Shown one piece after another: positions 1 through 11,089 of a DNA stretch of 64,000 nucleotides; the first letter of the stretch is position 1; each line of letters opens with the position of its first letter. Made by a program: the position numbers and the translations under genes. Origin of the DNA: Minisyncoccota bacterium (GTDB lineage Bacteria > Patescibacteriota > Minisyncoccia > Phycocordibacterales > PALSA-1337); the NCBI GenBank assembly GCA_041663145.1, contig JBAZRG010000001.1, forward strand, positions 254,984 through 318,983. The letters run 5' to 3'. The notes beneath the pieces are model-generated. The model ran no database searches. It was given only the letters and a program-made list of their open reading frames with translations, and was not told the origin of the DNA.

Positions 1-455
1 TAAAATTCGTAGCCGTAGCTGTTATCGCTCTACATACAAGATTCAACGATGAACCGATCGATGCGATGATCTACTGCATCATCACCGCTCTTGGTTTTGC
101 CGCTATCGAAAACGCTCTCTTTGTGATGCAACCGCTCGAATCCGGCTCGATAGCCACTGGTCTCATGACTGTCAATATGCGTTTCATCGGAGCGACTCTC
201 GTACACATAGTCAGTTCGGCTCTGGTTGGTTTTGCTTTGGGATATGTTTTCTATCGTGGAATCATCACAAAAATATTTGCAGTCGCGATCGGGTTATCCC
301 TAGCTATCATATTGCATGCGATGTTCAATTTGTCTATAATAAATGGCACGACAGGAGACACTATGAAAGCATTCGCATGGGTCTGGGGAGCAGTCGTTAT
401 ATTGATCGTCTTATTTGAAGAGATCAAAGCCGTACAACCAAAATTTAAATATTAA
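1..455 (+). CDS. PrsW/CPBP-like intramembrane protease family protein, C-terminal part (gene continues upstream of window)
   Basis: Reading frame is open from position 3 with no stop; multi-TM hydrophobic product with GFAAIENALF-type motif. Confidence 0.45.
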   Translation, partial: KFVAVAVIALHTRFNDEPIDAMIYCIITALGFAAIENALFVMQPLESGSIATGLMTVNMRFIGATLVHIVSSALVGFALGYVFYRGIITKIFAVAIGLSLAIILHAMFNLSIINGTTGDTMKAFAWVWGAVVILIVLFEEIKAVQPKFKY

Positions 456-472
456 TACCTTTACAAACAAAC

Positions 473-955
473 ATGGCAAAAGACAAAAGATCATTTTTTG
501 AGAGAATCACAGGAACTATCCGTATGGAAGATAACGATGAACCTCGAGAGGTCAGTCGCATTCCTTCAAAAAAGACTTTAGGAGAGAGATCTGAGCCTGT
601 TTGGAAAGAAGAAGATACGGAGCAAGAGGGTGAATTGACTGTTGACGTCTATCAGACTCCAGAAATGATAGTTATAAAGTCCATGATTGCAGGAGTCAGA
701 CCTGAGGATCTGGATATTTCTATTACTAGAGACATGGTCACTATCCACGGCAAACGTGAAGAGGAGCGTATAGCGGATGATGACGATTATTTCACGAGAG
801 AATTGTATTGGGGATCATTTTCAAGAAGCATTTCCCTACCAGAAGAGATAGATGTAGACGAGGCAGAGGCCATAGAAAAACACGGTCTTCTCATCTTGAA
901 ATTACCTAAGCTCGACAAAAAGAGACAGTCAAAACTCAAAGTTAGGACGGCATAA
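473..955 (+). CDS. Hsp20/alpha-crystallin family small heat shock protein
   Basis: 160 aa; alpha-crystallin domain signature (VDVYQT..., ...GLLILKLPK C-terminal pattern). Confidence 0.8.
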   Translation: MAKDKRSFFERITGTIRMEDNDEPREVSRIPSKKTLGERSEPVWKEEDTEQEGELTVDVYQTPEMIVIKSMIAGVRPEDLDISITRDMVTIHGKREEERIADDDDYFTRELYWGSFSRSISLPEEIDVDEAEAIEKHGLLILKLPKLDKKRQSKLKVRTA

Positions 956-986
956 AAGACGATTATTATACGATAAATCAAAAAAT

Positions 987-1310
987 ATGGATCACAAAAA
1001 TATAACAACAGCTTTTGATATTCCTGGTAAGAAAATAACCGCTAATTTCGGTATTGTGAAAGGTATAATTGTTCGATCAAGATCGATATTTGGAACGATT
1101 GGCGGTTCTCTGCAGACCTTGGTTGGAGGAAATATCTCTCTATTTACCAATCTTTGTGAAAAAACTCGCAACGAAGCATATGAACTCATGATCAAACAGG
1201 CCCAAGACAAAGGTGCAAATGCTATCATCGGTATGAGATACGATACAACAGAATTACTCCAGGGTGTGACCGAAGTATTGTGTTACGGTACAGCTGTAAA
1301 AGTCGAATAA
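987..1310 (+). CDS. YbjQ/UPF0145 (DUF74) family protein
   Basis: 107 aa; GANAIIGMRYD...GTAVKV pattern typical of YbjQ family. Confidence 0.7.
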   Translation: MDHKNITTAFDIPGKKITANFGIVKGIIVRSRSIFGTIGGSLQTLVGGNISLFTNLCEKTRNEAYELMIKQAQDKGANAIIGMRYDTTELLQGVTEVLCYGTAVKVE

Positions 1311-1371
1311 CATAACTAATCGCTAGCTACCCATCCTCGGAGCACGTACGGGAAGTTCTTTCTGGAAGGTT

Positions 1372-3567
<2,196 letters not shown>

Positions 3568-3623
3568 TTAATTATAGCATTTTAGCTTCATCAATGGAAG
3601 CACATTTTTTCACATTATTATGT

Positions 3624-3902
3624 CTAATGGAGGGTAACAATGCCTATCTTTCTTTCGATCTTTCTCGTACGTTCTTTGAGGATTTTATGTTCTCTCATGG
3701 TCGTGTAATTGAGATAAATGTTGTCGAGCTGGTTTTGCACACCATTGAATCTATAGTCCATTCGATTTTCCAAATCACCAAACCTCTTTTCCATTTTATT
3801 TTCCAAATCACCAATTCTCTTGTTTATACTAGTTTCTAGACGCAAAATCATTCCACCTAGATCGTCAATGGTTATTCTGTTTGTTTGAATCTTGGTTTTC
3901 AT
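3624..3902 (-). CDS. hypothetical small coiled-coil protein with tandem 11-aa repeats
   Basis: 92 aa; in-frame tandem DNA repeat about 33 nt x2 (RIGDLENKMEK / RFGDLENRMDY); no homology assignable. Confidence 0.3.
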   Translation of the reverse strand: MKTKIQTNRITIDDLGGMILRLETSINKRIGDLENKMEKRFGDLENRMDYRFNGVQNQLDNIYLNYTTMREHKILKERTRKIERKIGIVTLH

Positions 3903-4092
3903 CTGAATGTTTCGCCAATTACGATATAAGGAAATACGTCTAAATACTTTCTTGATTATATTTTATCAAAAATTTAATAATCAAATCAAGTTACATAGAT
4001 TCAAATTATGTCTCGTAATGAAGTAGATTACAAAAAAAGTATTACAATCGTAATTTTCATATCCCGAATCATCTTAAAACCTAATCATTGCA

Positions 4093-6135
4093 CTACCTCA
4101 CTTCCCAACCCTCTTTTTTAATACTTACATTTATAGCATTCATAACTTTTGATACTTCATCGTCTGTAAGAGTTCTATCCATCGATTGGAAAACCATACG
4201 GAAAGCGTATGACACTTTTCCTTCTTTTTTGAAAGTATCGAATAACAAATGCCTGACTAATAAATCCGATGCATCGGCAGATTTTATTGCTCCTTCTATT
4301 GTATTCCATACACCATTCGAATCGATAGATTCAGGAACAAAAACAGCAATGTCTCGAACTATAAAAGGATACTGTGAATATTTCGTATATCTCTTATCAG
4401 ATAACGCTTTGAATTCAAGATCTATAGCCGACGTAGATGTGACTGAAGAAGATTTCGATCCTGTATTTGATACAGATCGAACGAGACTTAAAATTTCACT
4501 AAGATCAATTTCACAAGCATAACTTTGATTTTGCGAGATAATTTTCGGAACGGAAAGTCCTATATTCAATCTTGCGAAAATTTCTTTTATAGCATTTTCG
4601 ATAATAACTCCTCCGTTTACACCTTTCATCTTTTTGACTTGAGCTGAACCGAGAGAAAGCACTACATTTTCTTGATTATGAGTAAAGACTCGACCGATCT
4701 CAAATATCTTAATTGAGTCGAGACCGAGTAGATCTGCATTTAAAACATTTTTATGAACGCAAGAAAGTATACCTTCAGTTAAGTTTTTTCGAATAAACGC
4801 CTTATCTTTGGCAAGAGGTTTTAAAGTCTCAATATCGCCTTTTTCAACAAGTGAATAGAGGCTGACTTCGGAAAAACCGATACCGGTTAATATATTCTTC
4901 AATCGTTCCGAAACAGAAAAGTTCAATTCTGTAATCGGATCCGTAGTTGCTTTCGCTGGCAATTTTCCGGCAATCTTTTCATAACCATATACACGACCGA
5001 TCTCTTCGACGATATCTTCACGAATTCTCAAATCTAATCGTTCGTGCGGTATAGTCAGAGACCATATATTCCCTTTTGCGACGACACCCATGTTCATCTT
5101 CATCAGAATATTTTTTATTGTATCTGCAGGAACTTCTATGCCTAATCTTTCTTTTACATACGCGGGATCAAAATCAACAATCACGTCTTTGGATTTATGC
5201 TGATATTCATCAACAATCGGACCAAAAACAGCATTCGGATATCGTTCTTTTATAAGTGCACAAGCATTATTCATCCCATGAATAGCCAATTCCGGAGTGA
5301 TCTCATTTTCAAACCTCTTTGAAGAATCGCTTCGAATATCGTATTTGGTGGAAGTACGTCTCACTGCCGTCGGATCAAAATTGGCGGATTCGATAATAAT
5401 CCTTTTTGTGGATTCCGAGACTTCAGCTCTCTTCCCTCCTTTGGCTCCAGCGATGACAAGTGGTCCATCTTCATCGGCAATGACATTGTCATCTGAAGTC
5501 AAAATGATCTCCCGACCATCGAGAAGTACGATCTTTTCTCCTTCTTTGGCGGACCTTACCGTGATAGGACCCTTAACCTTATCTGCATCGAAAGCATGCA
5601 AAGGCTGACCGATGTCATACATCACATAGTTTGTAATATCAACAATAGGATTTATAGAACGTTGACCAATAGATTCTAAAGCACTTTTCAAATATGCTGA
5701 AAAATTATTTGATCCTGCCTTCGCTAAAGCTACGGCAGGCAAGCCTGCTTTCGGCACGGCTACTGGAGGCAAGCCTGCTTTCGAATTTATCTCGATACAT
5801 CTAGCTATATATCTTCGGCAAAATTTATCATTCTCCAATTTTACAATAGGACAATGATCTGCATTGGCAGATAACGCCTCCACATATCGTTTCTTTGGCA
5901 ACATATCAGTTAAGAATGATATCTCATCAGCGATACCCTTATGTGACAAAGCGTAGTGGGCTCTGTCAGGCAGAACCTTGATATCCAAAACTGAATCAGC
6001 ACTACCGTCAGTATTTTTTATATCCTCGACTCCTTCAACCTCAAAAGAATGCATAGCAAAAAGATCAGCGAGCGTATCCGCATCTGGGATTTTTGCATCA
6101 AAATATGTTTGTAACCACTTGTGAGAGACTTTCAT
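4093..6135 (-). CDS. pheT: phenylalanine--tRNA ligase beta subunit (short, domain-reduced form)
   Basis: 680 aa; MKVSHKWLQTYF start, B3/4, B5 and anticodon-binding-like C-terminus; overlaps pheS stop; contains internal 30-nt tandem duplication. Confidence 0.9.
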   Translation of the reverse strand: MKVSHKWLQTYFDAKIPDADTLADLFAMHSFEVEGVEDIKNTDGSADSVLDIKVLPDRAHYALSHKGIADEISFLTDMLPKKRYVEALSANADHCPIVKLENDKFCRRYIARCIEINSKAGLPPVAVPKAGLPAVALAKAGSNNFSAYLKSALESIGQRSINPIVDITNYVMYDIGQPLHAFDADKVKGPITVRSAKEGEKIVLLDGREIILTSDDNVIADEDGPLVIAGAKGGKRAEVSESTKRIIIESANFDPTAVRRTSTKYDIRSDSSKRFENEITPELAIHGMNNACALIKERYPNAVFGPIVDEYQHKSKDVIVDFDPAYVKERLGIEVPADTIKNILMKMNMGVVAKGNIWSLTIPHERLDLRIREDIVEEIGRVYGYEKIAGKLPAKATTDPITELNFSVSERLKNILTGIGFSEVSLYSLVEKGDIETLKPLAKDKAFIRKNLTEGILSCVHKNVLNADLLGLDSIKIFEIGRVFTHNQENVVLSLGSAQVKKMKGVNGGVIIENAIKEIFARLNIGLSVPKIISQNQSYACEIDLSEILSLVRSVSNTGSKSSSVTSTSAIDLEFKALSDKRYTKYSQYPFIVRDIAVFVPESIDSNGVWNTIEGAIKSADASDLLVRHLLFDTFKKEGKVSYAFRMVFQSMDRTLTDDEVSKVMNAINVSIKKEGWEVR

Positions 6136-6860
6136 TAGAATTGATTTATGAGACGCAGATCACCATTATAGAGAGATCTTATATCGTCTATGCCGAACTT
6201 GAGCATGACTAGTCGATCTATACCAAAACCAAAGGCAAAACCTTGCCACTCGTTTGGATCGAGTTTCACTGCTTTGAAAACCTCCGGATGAACGAGTCCG
6301 GCTCCACCCATTTCCAACCATCGACCCTTCCAACGCATATCGACTTCGACTCCCGGCTCGACGAATGGAAAAAAACTCGGTCGAAAACGTATTTCCACAT
6401 CATCTCCAAATATCTTTCGGAACATAAGTTCGAGGACACCTTTCAAATGTGCCAAAGAGACGTTCTTGTCCACATACAAAGCTTCTATCTGGTGAAATTG
6501 GGCCTCATGAGTAGCATCAGTAGCTTCGTTACGATACACCTTACCGGGAACTATGATCCTAACTGGTGGTTTATGAGCTTCCAAATATCGAATCTGTACC
6601 GATGAAGTATGAGTACGCAAGACATGTTGCTTGCTTTCATTTGCATCTTTTTTTATCCAAAAAGTGTCCTGCATGTCTCGAGCAGGATGATCATGAGGTA
6701 CATTGAGAGCATCAAAATTATGAAATTCATCTTCAAGCTCAGGTCCATCTGCTATCTCAAAACCCAGATCACGAAAAGTCCCGTAGATCTCTCGAACGAT
6801 CTGGGTGATCGGGTGCAATGAGCCGATCTTCTTATCTCCAAGCATTTCCGTATTTGACAT
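6135..6860 (-). CDS. pheS: phenylalanine--tRNA ligase alpha subunit (short form lacking N-terminal coiled coil)
   Basis: 241 aa; class II aaRS motifs (FRPSFFPFVEPGVEVD, GAGLVHP). Confidence 0.9.
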   Translation of the reverse strand: MSNTEMLGDKKIGSLHPITQIVREIYGTFRDLGFEIADGPELEDEFHNFDALNVPHDHPARDMQDTFWIKKDANESKQHVLRTHTSSVQIRYLEAHKPPVRIIVPGKVYRNEATDATHEAQFHQIEALYVDKNVSLAHLKGVLELMFRKIFGDDVEIRFRPSFFPFVEPGVEVDMRWKGRWLEMGGAGLVHPEVFKAVKLDPNEWQGFAFGFGIDRLVMLKFGIDDIRSLYNGDLRLINQF

Positions 6861-6910
6861 ATTGGCTATACTCTAACAAAAAAGCTTCAAATATCCAAAC
6901 GATAGTAGGG

Positions 6911-6983
6911 AGCCACCTCCCAGACTTGAACTGGGGACCTTCGCTTTACAAAAGCGTTGCTCTACCAACTGAGCTAAGGTGGC
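6911..6983 (-). tRNA. tRNA-Thr (anticodon UGU)
   Basis: Cloverleaf readable on minus strand: GCCACCT acceptor, GCTCAGTTGGTAGAGC D-arm, anticodon loop TTTGTAA, T-arm CCCAG-TTCAAGT-CTGGG; no encoded CCA. Confidence 0.8.
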
Positions 6984-7078
6984 AAATCATTTGTTAAATA
7001 ACTTTCAATAATGAAAGATTGCGATACAACTTCGCAAGTAGAAAAAGAATAGCTTATTTAGCAAAATAACGCAAAAGA

Positions 7079-7453
7079 TTATTTGTCGTTAATTCTGCGT
7101 AGATAGAATGAAGCGCCATGATGCTTAATATCAGCACGTCCACGGACAGCATCTATGACTTTGCGACTGTGTGGATTTGCCAATGCTTTATCTTTACCTT
7201 CGACATATATCTTACGTATGCGTAGTAAAACATGAAAGGCCAACCACTGAGCTAGGGTAATGAAAGTTTTTCTATTGAGATATGCTATAGCTCGACGGAC
7301 CCCACTAAAAAGTTTATGGAAAGCATGGTCAGTACCTTTTCCTAGTCTAGCAACCAAACTGGGTCGTCCAGACTTTATCTCACGTCTCTTTAAGAGAATC
7401 ATAAGAATGATTCCGATCAAAGATATGTAAAATATTGTAATGATGCTGTACAT
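7079..7453 (-). CDS. hypothetical protein with N-terminal transmembrane helix
   Basis: 124 aa; basic, single N-terminal TM; no family recognised. Confidence 0.35.
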   Translation of the reverse strand: MYSIITIFYISLIGIILMILLKRREIKSGRPSLVARLGKGTDHAFHKLFSGVRRAIAYLNRKTFITLAQWLAFHVLLRIRKIYVEGKDKALANPHSRKVIDAVRGRADIKHHGASFYLRRINDK

Positions 7454-7471
7454 ATTCTTTTTTCTCCCAAA

Positions 7472-8092
7472 TTACTCCAAAACCTTGAAACGACAATAAC
7501 GAGCAACGGCTATCTTTTCACCAAATTTTTGAGTAGCCTGATCGATAAGTCCCTGAACAGTTACATCACCATTTTTGATGAATGGCTGAGCCAAAAGGAC
7601 CATCTCTCCAAAATATGCATTGAGCTTTCCTTCCAAAATAGCTTTCTTAACAGCCTCAGGCTTGTCCGCCATAGCCTTGGCGGAGGCGGGATTTCCTTTT
7701 ACTTCTTCTTCAAAAACTTCACGAGCGGCTTTCATATCGGACTCCTTTATGTCATCGGTCTTCAAGAATTTTGGATTTGTCGCTGTTACATGCATAGCTA
7801 TATCTCGAGCTAAGGTCTTGAAATCTTCGTTATTTGCCACGAAATCTGTTTCGCAGTTGAGCTCCACCATGGAAGCAACAGTACCATTTGCATGAACATA
7901 AGTCTGGATGGTGCCAGCACGAAAAGTTCGGTCGCTTTTCTTGGAAGCAAATTCACCGCTTTTCTTTCGCAATATGACCAGAGCTTTTTCGGCATCTCCA
8001 CCGGCTTCTTCTAGAGCCTTTTTGCATTGCATGATTGAGATTCCGGTTTGATCGCGAAGTTCTTTGACTTGTTCGGTTGTGATTGTAGGCAT
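7472..8092 (-). CDS. tsf: elongation factor Ts
   Basis: MPTITTEQVKELRDQTGISIMQCKKALEEAGGD... The ORF-track N-terminal 37 aa are an upstream in-frame extension, so the start is placed at the internal Met. Sits downstream of rpsB. Confidence 0.9.
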   Translation of the reverse strand: MPTITTEQVKELRDQTGISIMQCKKALEEAGGDAEKALVILRKKSGEFASKKSDRTFRAGTIQTYVHANGTVASMVELNCETDFVANNEDFKTLARDIAMHVTATNPKFLKTDDIKESDMKAAREVFEEEVKGNPASAKAMADKPEAVKKAILEGKLNAYFGEMVLLAQPFIKNGDVTVQGLIDQATQKFGEKIAVARYCRFKVLE

Positions 8093-8213
8093 GTTTTTTA
8101 TTGTTTTGATATTCTCTTTCTCTTTGTAAGCACCCACACTCTCACGTGATGAATCTGGGTGATCCGACTTACTTTCCGAAATGAAAATAATTGGTCCAAT
8201 CATGGGACTCTTA

Positions 8214-8954
8214 CTAAACCGTCTTCTTTACGTTAGCTGAGTAGGCCTTGGTTATTTCATCGACAAAATATTGGATACTCATCTTTGAACCGTCGTTACC
8301 GACAATAGGATAATTGATATTGGCAATATTACAATCTGAACCTGACAAAGCGATAACGGGAATATTGAAATCCATAGCTTCTTTTATAGCACCAGCTTCA
8401 TGTCGAGGATCGATAACAAATAAAGCATCAGGAGCTTTCTTTAGGATCACAATACCCAAAAACATCTTTTCCAAAGAAGCGATCTCTTTGTCGATAAGCA
8501 TCCTTTCGCGTTTTGTATATTTTGCTAGTTCACCCTTTTCTCGATCAGAGATGAATTTTTCGTAAATATCAATGCGTTTTTTGATCTGAGGAAAGTTTGT
8601 AATGGTTCCACCGATCCATCGTCCATCTACATAAGGCATATTGAGGGACATAGCTGCGTTCTTTATGGTCAAAGAAGCCTCTTTTTTTCCGCCCACAAAC
8701 ATAATAGTTTTGCCTTCTTTGGCAAGAGAAGCTACGAAATCTTTGGCTTTTTCTAGGCTGGCCTCGGTTTTTTCGAGATCGAAGATATCGGTATTGTTTT
8801 TTGTGCCGAATATATAAGGGACTATCGTCGAATGTCTGCGAGATCGAACCATGCCGAAATGAGCGCCGACTTCAAACATCTTATCCAAGGTATTTTTGAT
8901 TTCCATATGTGGATATAAACTATCAAAAATAGGGTTATAAGTCAAATCAAACAT
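8214..8954 (-). CDS. rpsB: 30S ribosomal protein S2
   Basis: 246 aa; canonical uS2 sequence; rpsB-tsf operon order. Confidence 0.95.
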   Translation of the reverse strand: MFDLTYNPIFDSLYPHMEIKNTLDKMFEVGAHFGMVRSRRHSTIVPYIFGTKNNTDIFDLEKTEASLEKAKDFVASLAKEGKTIMFVGGKKEASLTIKNAAMSLNMPYVDGRWIGGTITNFPQIKKRIDIYEKFISDREKGELAKYTKRERMLIDKEIASLEKMFLGIVILKKAPDALFVIDPRHEAGAIKEAMDFNIPVIALSGSDCNIANINYPIVGNDGSKMSIQYFVDEITKAYSANVKKTV

Positions 8955-9004
8955 ATAAATTGGACTTGCGTAAACATCGAACCTTCTTTTATACTTATGC
9001 CAAT

Positions 9005-9694
9005 ATGAAAATCCTGATTATCGAGGATGATCTTAGAACCGCAAACGTTGTCCGAGACGGACTAAAAGCCGATGACCATACCGTGGAAATAGCCAGTGAC
9101 GGAGCCGAGGGTTCTTTTATGGCTAGAACATTCGAGTATGATGCCATAGTCCTAGACTATTCATTACCAAAGAAAAATGGGCTCGAAGTCTGCCGAGAGG
9201 TACGTCTAGCCGGTCGAACCACCCCCATATTGTTCTTATCGATAGTAGATGATTCGGATACAAAAATCGCCGCTCTCAACCAAGGAGCGGATGATTATAT
9301 GACCAAACCTTTTCAACTGCTAGAACTTTATGCCCGGATACGGGCGGTAACCAGACGTCCAGCAATCATAAATAAGACCTGCGTATCTGTCGATGATCTC
9401 TCTATCGACACCGATCGACACATCGTACTCCGTGGTACCACTCGTATCCGCATGACACGAAAAGAGTTCAATCTGCTTGAATACTTGATGAAGAACACCG
9501 GTAGAGTTTTATCGCGAGCCCTACTCATGGAACATGTCTGGACAGCGGATAGTAATCCATTTTCAAATACAGTCGAGGCTCATATTCGAAATATTCGTAA
9601 AAAGATCTGTATAAATCACAGACCTGACCTTATCGCAAATATTCCAGGCCGTGGCTATGTCATCGATACTCTGCAAAATTTAAGAAAGCTCTAA
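9005..9694 (+). CDS. OmpR-family two-component response regulator (orphan, no adjacent histidine kinase)
   Basis: MKILIIEDD receiver domain with conserved D, winged-helix C-terminus (LLEYLM...RGYVI); start placed at internal Met at 9005. Confidence 0.85.
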   Translation: MKILIIEDDLRTANVVRDGLKADDHTVEIASDGAEGSFMARTFEYDAIVLDYSLPKKNGLEVCREVRLAGRTTPILFLSIVDDSDTKIAALNQGADDYMTKPFQLLELYARIRAVTRRPAIINKTCVSVDDLSIDTDRHIVLRGTTRIRMTRKEFNLLEYLMKNTGRVLSRALLMEHVWTADSNPFSNTVEAHIRNIRKKICINHRPDLIANIPGRGYVIDTLQNLRKL

Positions 9695-10012
9695 GAGTTA
9701 ATTTATCCGAAATTGAATAGATTTTTAATAGGATTTTATCGCCTATTGTTATGCTAATTGCGGTTATGAGTCGACATAACCCTTATGAACCTTATTGTCC
9801 CATAGTATGATGCACGCAACTTCCCCGGTTCGGAAGCCTAAGCCCTCCCGACCACGTGCTCCGAAAAAATAGCAAAACTAGTCGAGACAAATCAAACGAA
9901 GATCGTATATCACGAAAGCTGGCAGGCCTATCGTGCATATATGAAAATGTCATGCTCATTCCGACGTTAACACGGAAAGCATGACTTTTTCATTTGTATG
10001 AGAAGTTGATGT

Positions 10013-10049
10013 TGTGCCAAGGACCAGGATCGAAAGTTACCCCATCCCG
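10013..10049 (-). pseudogene. tRNA-Phe 3'-half fragment (partial duplicate of the adjacent tRNA-Phe)
   Basis: 22 nt identical to the 3' acceptor/T-arm of tRNA-Phe (TGTGCCAAGGACCAGGATCGAA on the plus strand), followed by a degenerate anticodon-stem copy; lies about 35 nt from the intact gene. Confidence 0.5.
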
Positions 10050-10084
10050 CAAGAATCGCAACTATGTGATTTCTAATAATGCTG

Positions 10085-10157
10085 TGCCAAGGACCAGGAT
10101 CGAACTGGTGACCCTTCCCTCTTCAGGGGAATGCTCTACCAACTGAGCTACCTTGGC
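10085..10157 (-). tRNA. tRNA-Phe (anticodon GAA)
   Basis: GCCAAGG acceptor, anticodon loop CTGAAGA, T-arm ACCAG-TTCGATC-CTGGT; no encoded CCA. Confidence 0.85.
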
Positions 10158-10183
10158 GCATTTTGGCTTACAGCTTACCTTGG

Positions 10184-10414
10184 TTACAAACCTTGAAGCA
10201 TACTTTGACCATCAGATATTATATCTGTCATAGACATAACATACGGCTGAATAGCATAATACGCACCCAAGCCTAGACCAATAATGACAACCCAATACAA
10301 CACTCTAAAGATAATCGCATACCTATTGGCTCTGCGCATCTTGCGGAGAATGGCGTTATTTTCCTCCGACATTTTGTAAGTACGCTCCAATAACGACTTT
10401 TCTTCGGGTGTCAT
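10184..10414 (-). CDS. hypothetical small membrane protein
   Basis: 76 aa; charged N-terminus followed by one TM helix. Confidence 0.3.
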   Translation of the reverse strand: MTPEEKSLLERTYKMSEENNAILRKMRRANRYAIIFRVLYWVVIIGLGLGAYYAIQPYVMSMTDIISDGQSMLQGL

Positions 10415-10468
10415 GGAAACACTATAACAGATTTATATCCGACACGGAAGTGTGTTAGGATTTCTAGA

Positions 10469-10540
10469 CGCCCCCGTAGTTCAATGGATAGAACAGTTCC
10501 GTCCTAAGGAATAGATGTAGGTTCGATTCCTACCGAGGGC
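10469..10540 (+). tRNA. tRNA-Arg (anticodon CCU)
   Basis: D-arm GTTC-AATGGATA-GAAC, anticodon loop GTCCTAA, T-arm GTAGG-TTCGATT-CCTAC; one C-A mismatch in the acceptor stem. Confidence 0.6.
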
Positions 10541-10581
10541 ACTACTTCGCAACCCTGTAACGCACAGGGTTGCTTCGTAGT
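10541..10581 (+). terminator. tRNA trailer hairpin (CTACTTCGCAA-hairpin motif shared with the tRNA-Gly trailer)
   Basis: GCAACCCTGT-aacgc-ACAGGGTTGC 10 bp stem immediately 3' of tRNA-Arg; no clear U-run. Confidence 0.35.
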
Positions 10582-10657
10582 GCGAGGCACCTTGTAATAT
10601 ACCCTTTAGTGTTATATAATGATTGGGTTAAAAAATCTTATCAATTAACAAAGATCT

Positions 10658-11086
10658 ATGAATAAGACATCTGTTCAAATCGCAATTGTAGCAGTAGCAG
10701 TCATCGTTGGTGGTGCTATCTATTTTAGCGCCCCAAAGACCGAGAATGTAGACGATCAATCAGCAGCAATCATATTATCTACTGACCCAAAGATTCAACG
10801 CCTATACCCTTATGAATTCACCGCTTACCTCCAAAGCGGAGATGTAACCGTGATTGACATCAGAACTCCTGAAGAATTCGATGGTGGACATATTGAGAAT
10901 GCAGTAAACCTCGATTTCTACTCTCCTGAATTCAAGGACAACCTTTCGACTTTGGACAAAAACAAAAAGTATGCGATCTACTGCAGATCTGGCGCCAGAA
11001 GCGAAGAGACTCTCACAATCATGAAAGACCTCGGCTTTATGGATGTTGCCGATCTTATTGGCGGACTAGAAAGTATCCAACAGTAA
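10658..11086 (+). CDS. rhodanese-domain sulfurtransferase, membrane-anchored
   Basis: 142 aa; rhodanese active-site pattern (YCRSGARS), N-terminal TM helix. Confidence 0.75.
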   Translation: MNKTSVQIAIVAVAVIVGGAIYFSAPKTENVDDQSAAIILSTDPKIQRLYPYEFTAYLQSGDVTVIDIRTPEEFDGGHIENAVNLDFYSPEFKDNLSTLDKNKKYAIYCRSGARSEETLTIMKDLGFMDVADLIGGLESIQQ

Positions 11087-11089
11087 CAA

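Noticed and set aside
7472-8203. 37 aa N-terminal extension of tsf in the ORF track
   Set aside because: EF-Ts starts at the conserved MPTITTEQV, and the upstream in-frame codons are unconserved.
9695-10085. tmRNA or SRP RNA in the ORF-free GC-containing stretch upstream of tRNA-Phe
   Set aside because: The tRNA-like 3' piece is just the displaced tRNA-Phe fragment. No GGGG...GGUUUCGAC 5' element, tag reading frame or SRP GGAAGCAGCC motif is present.
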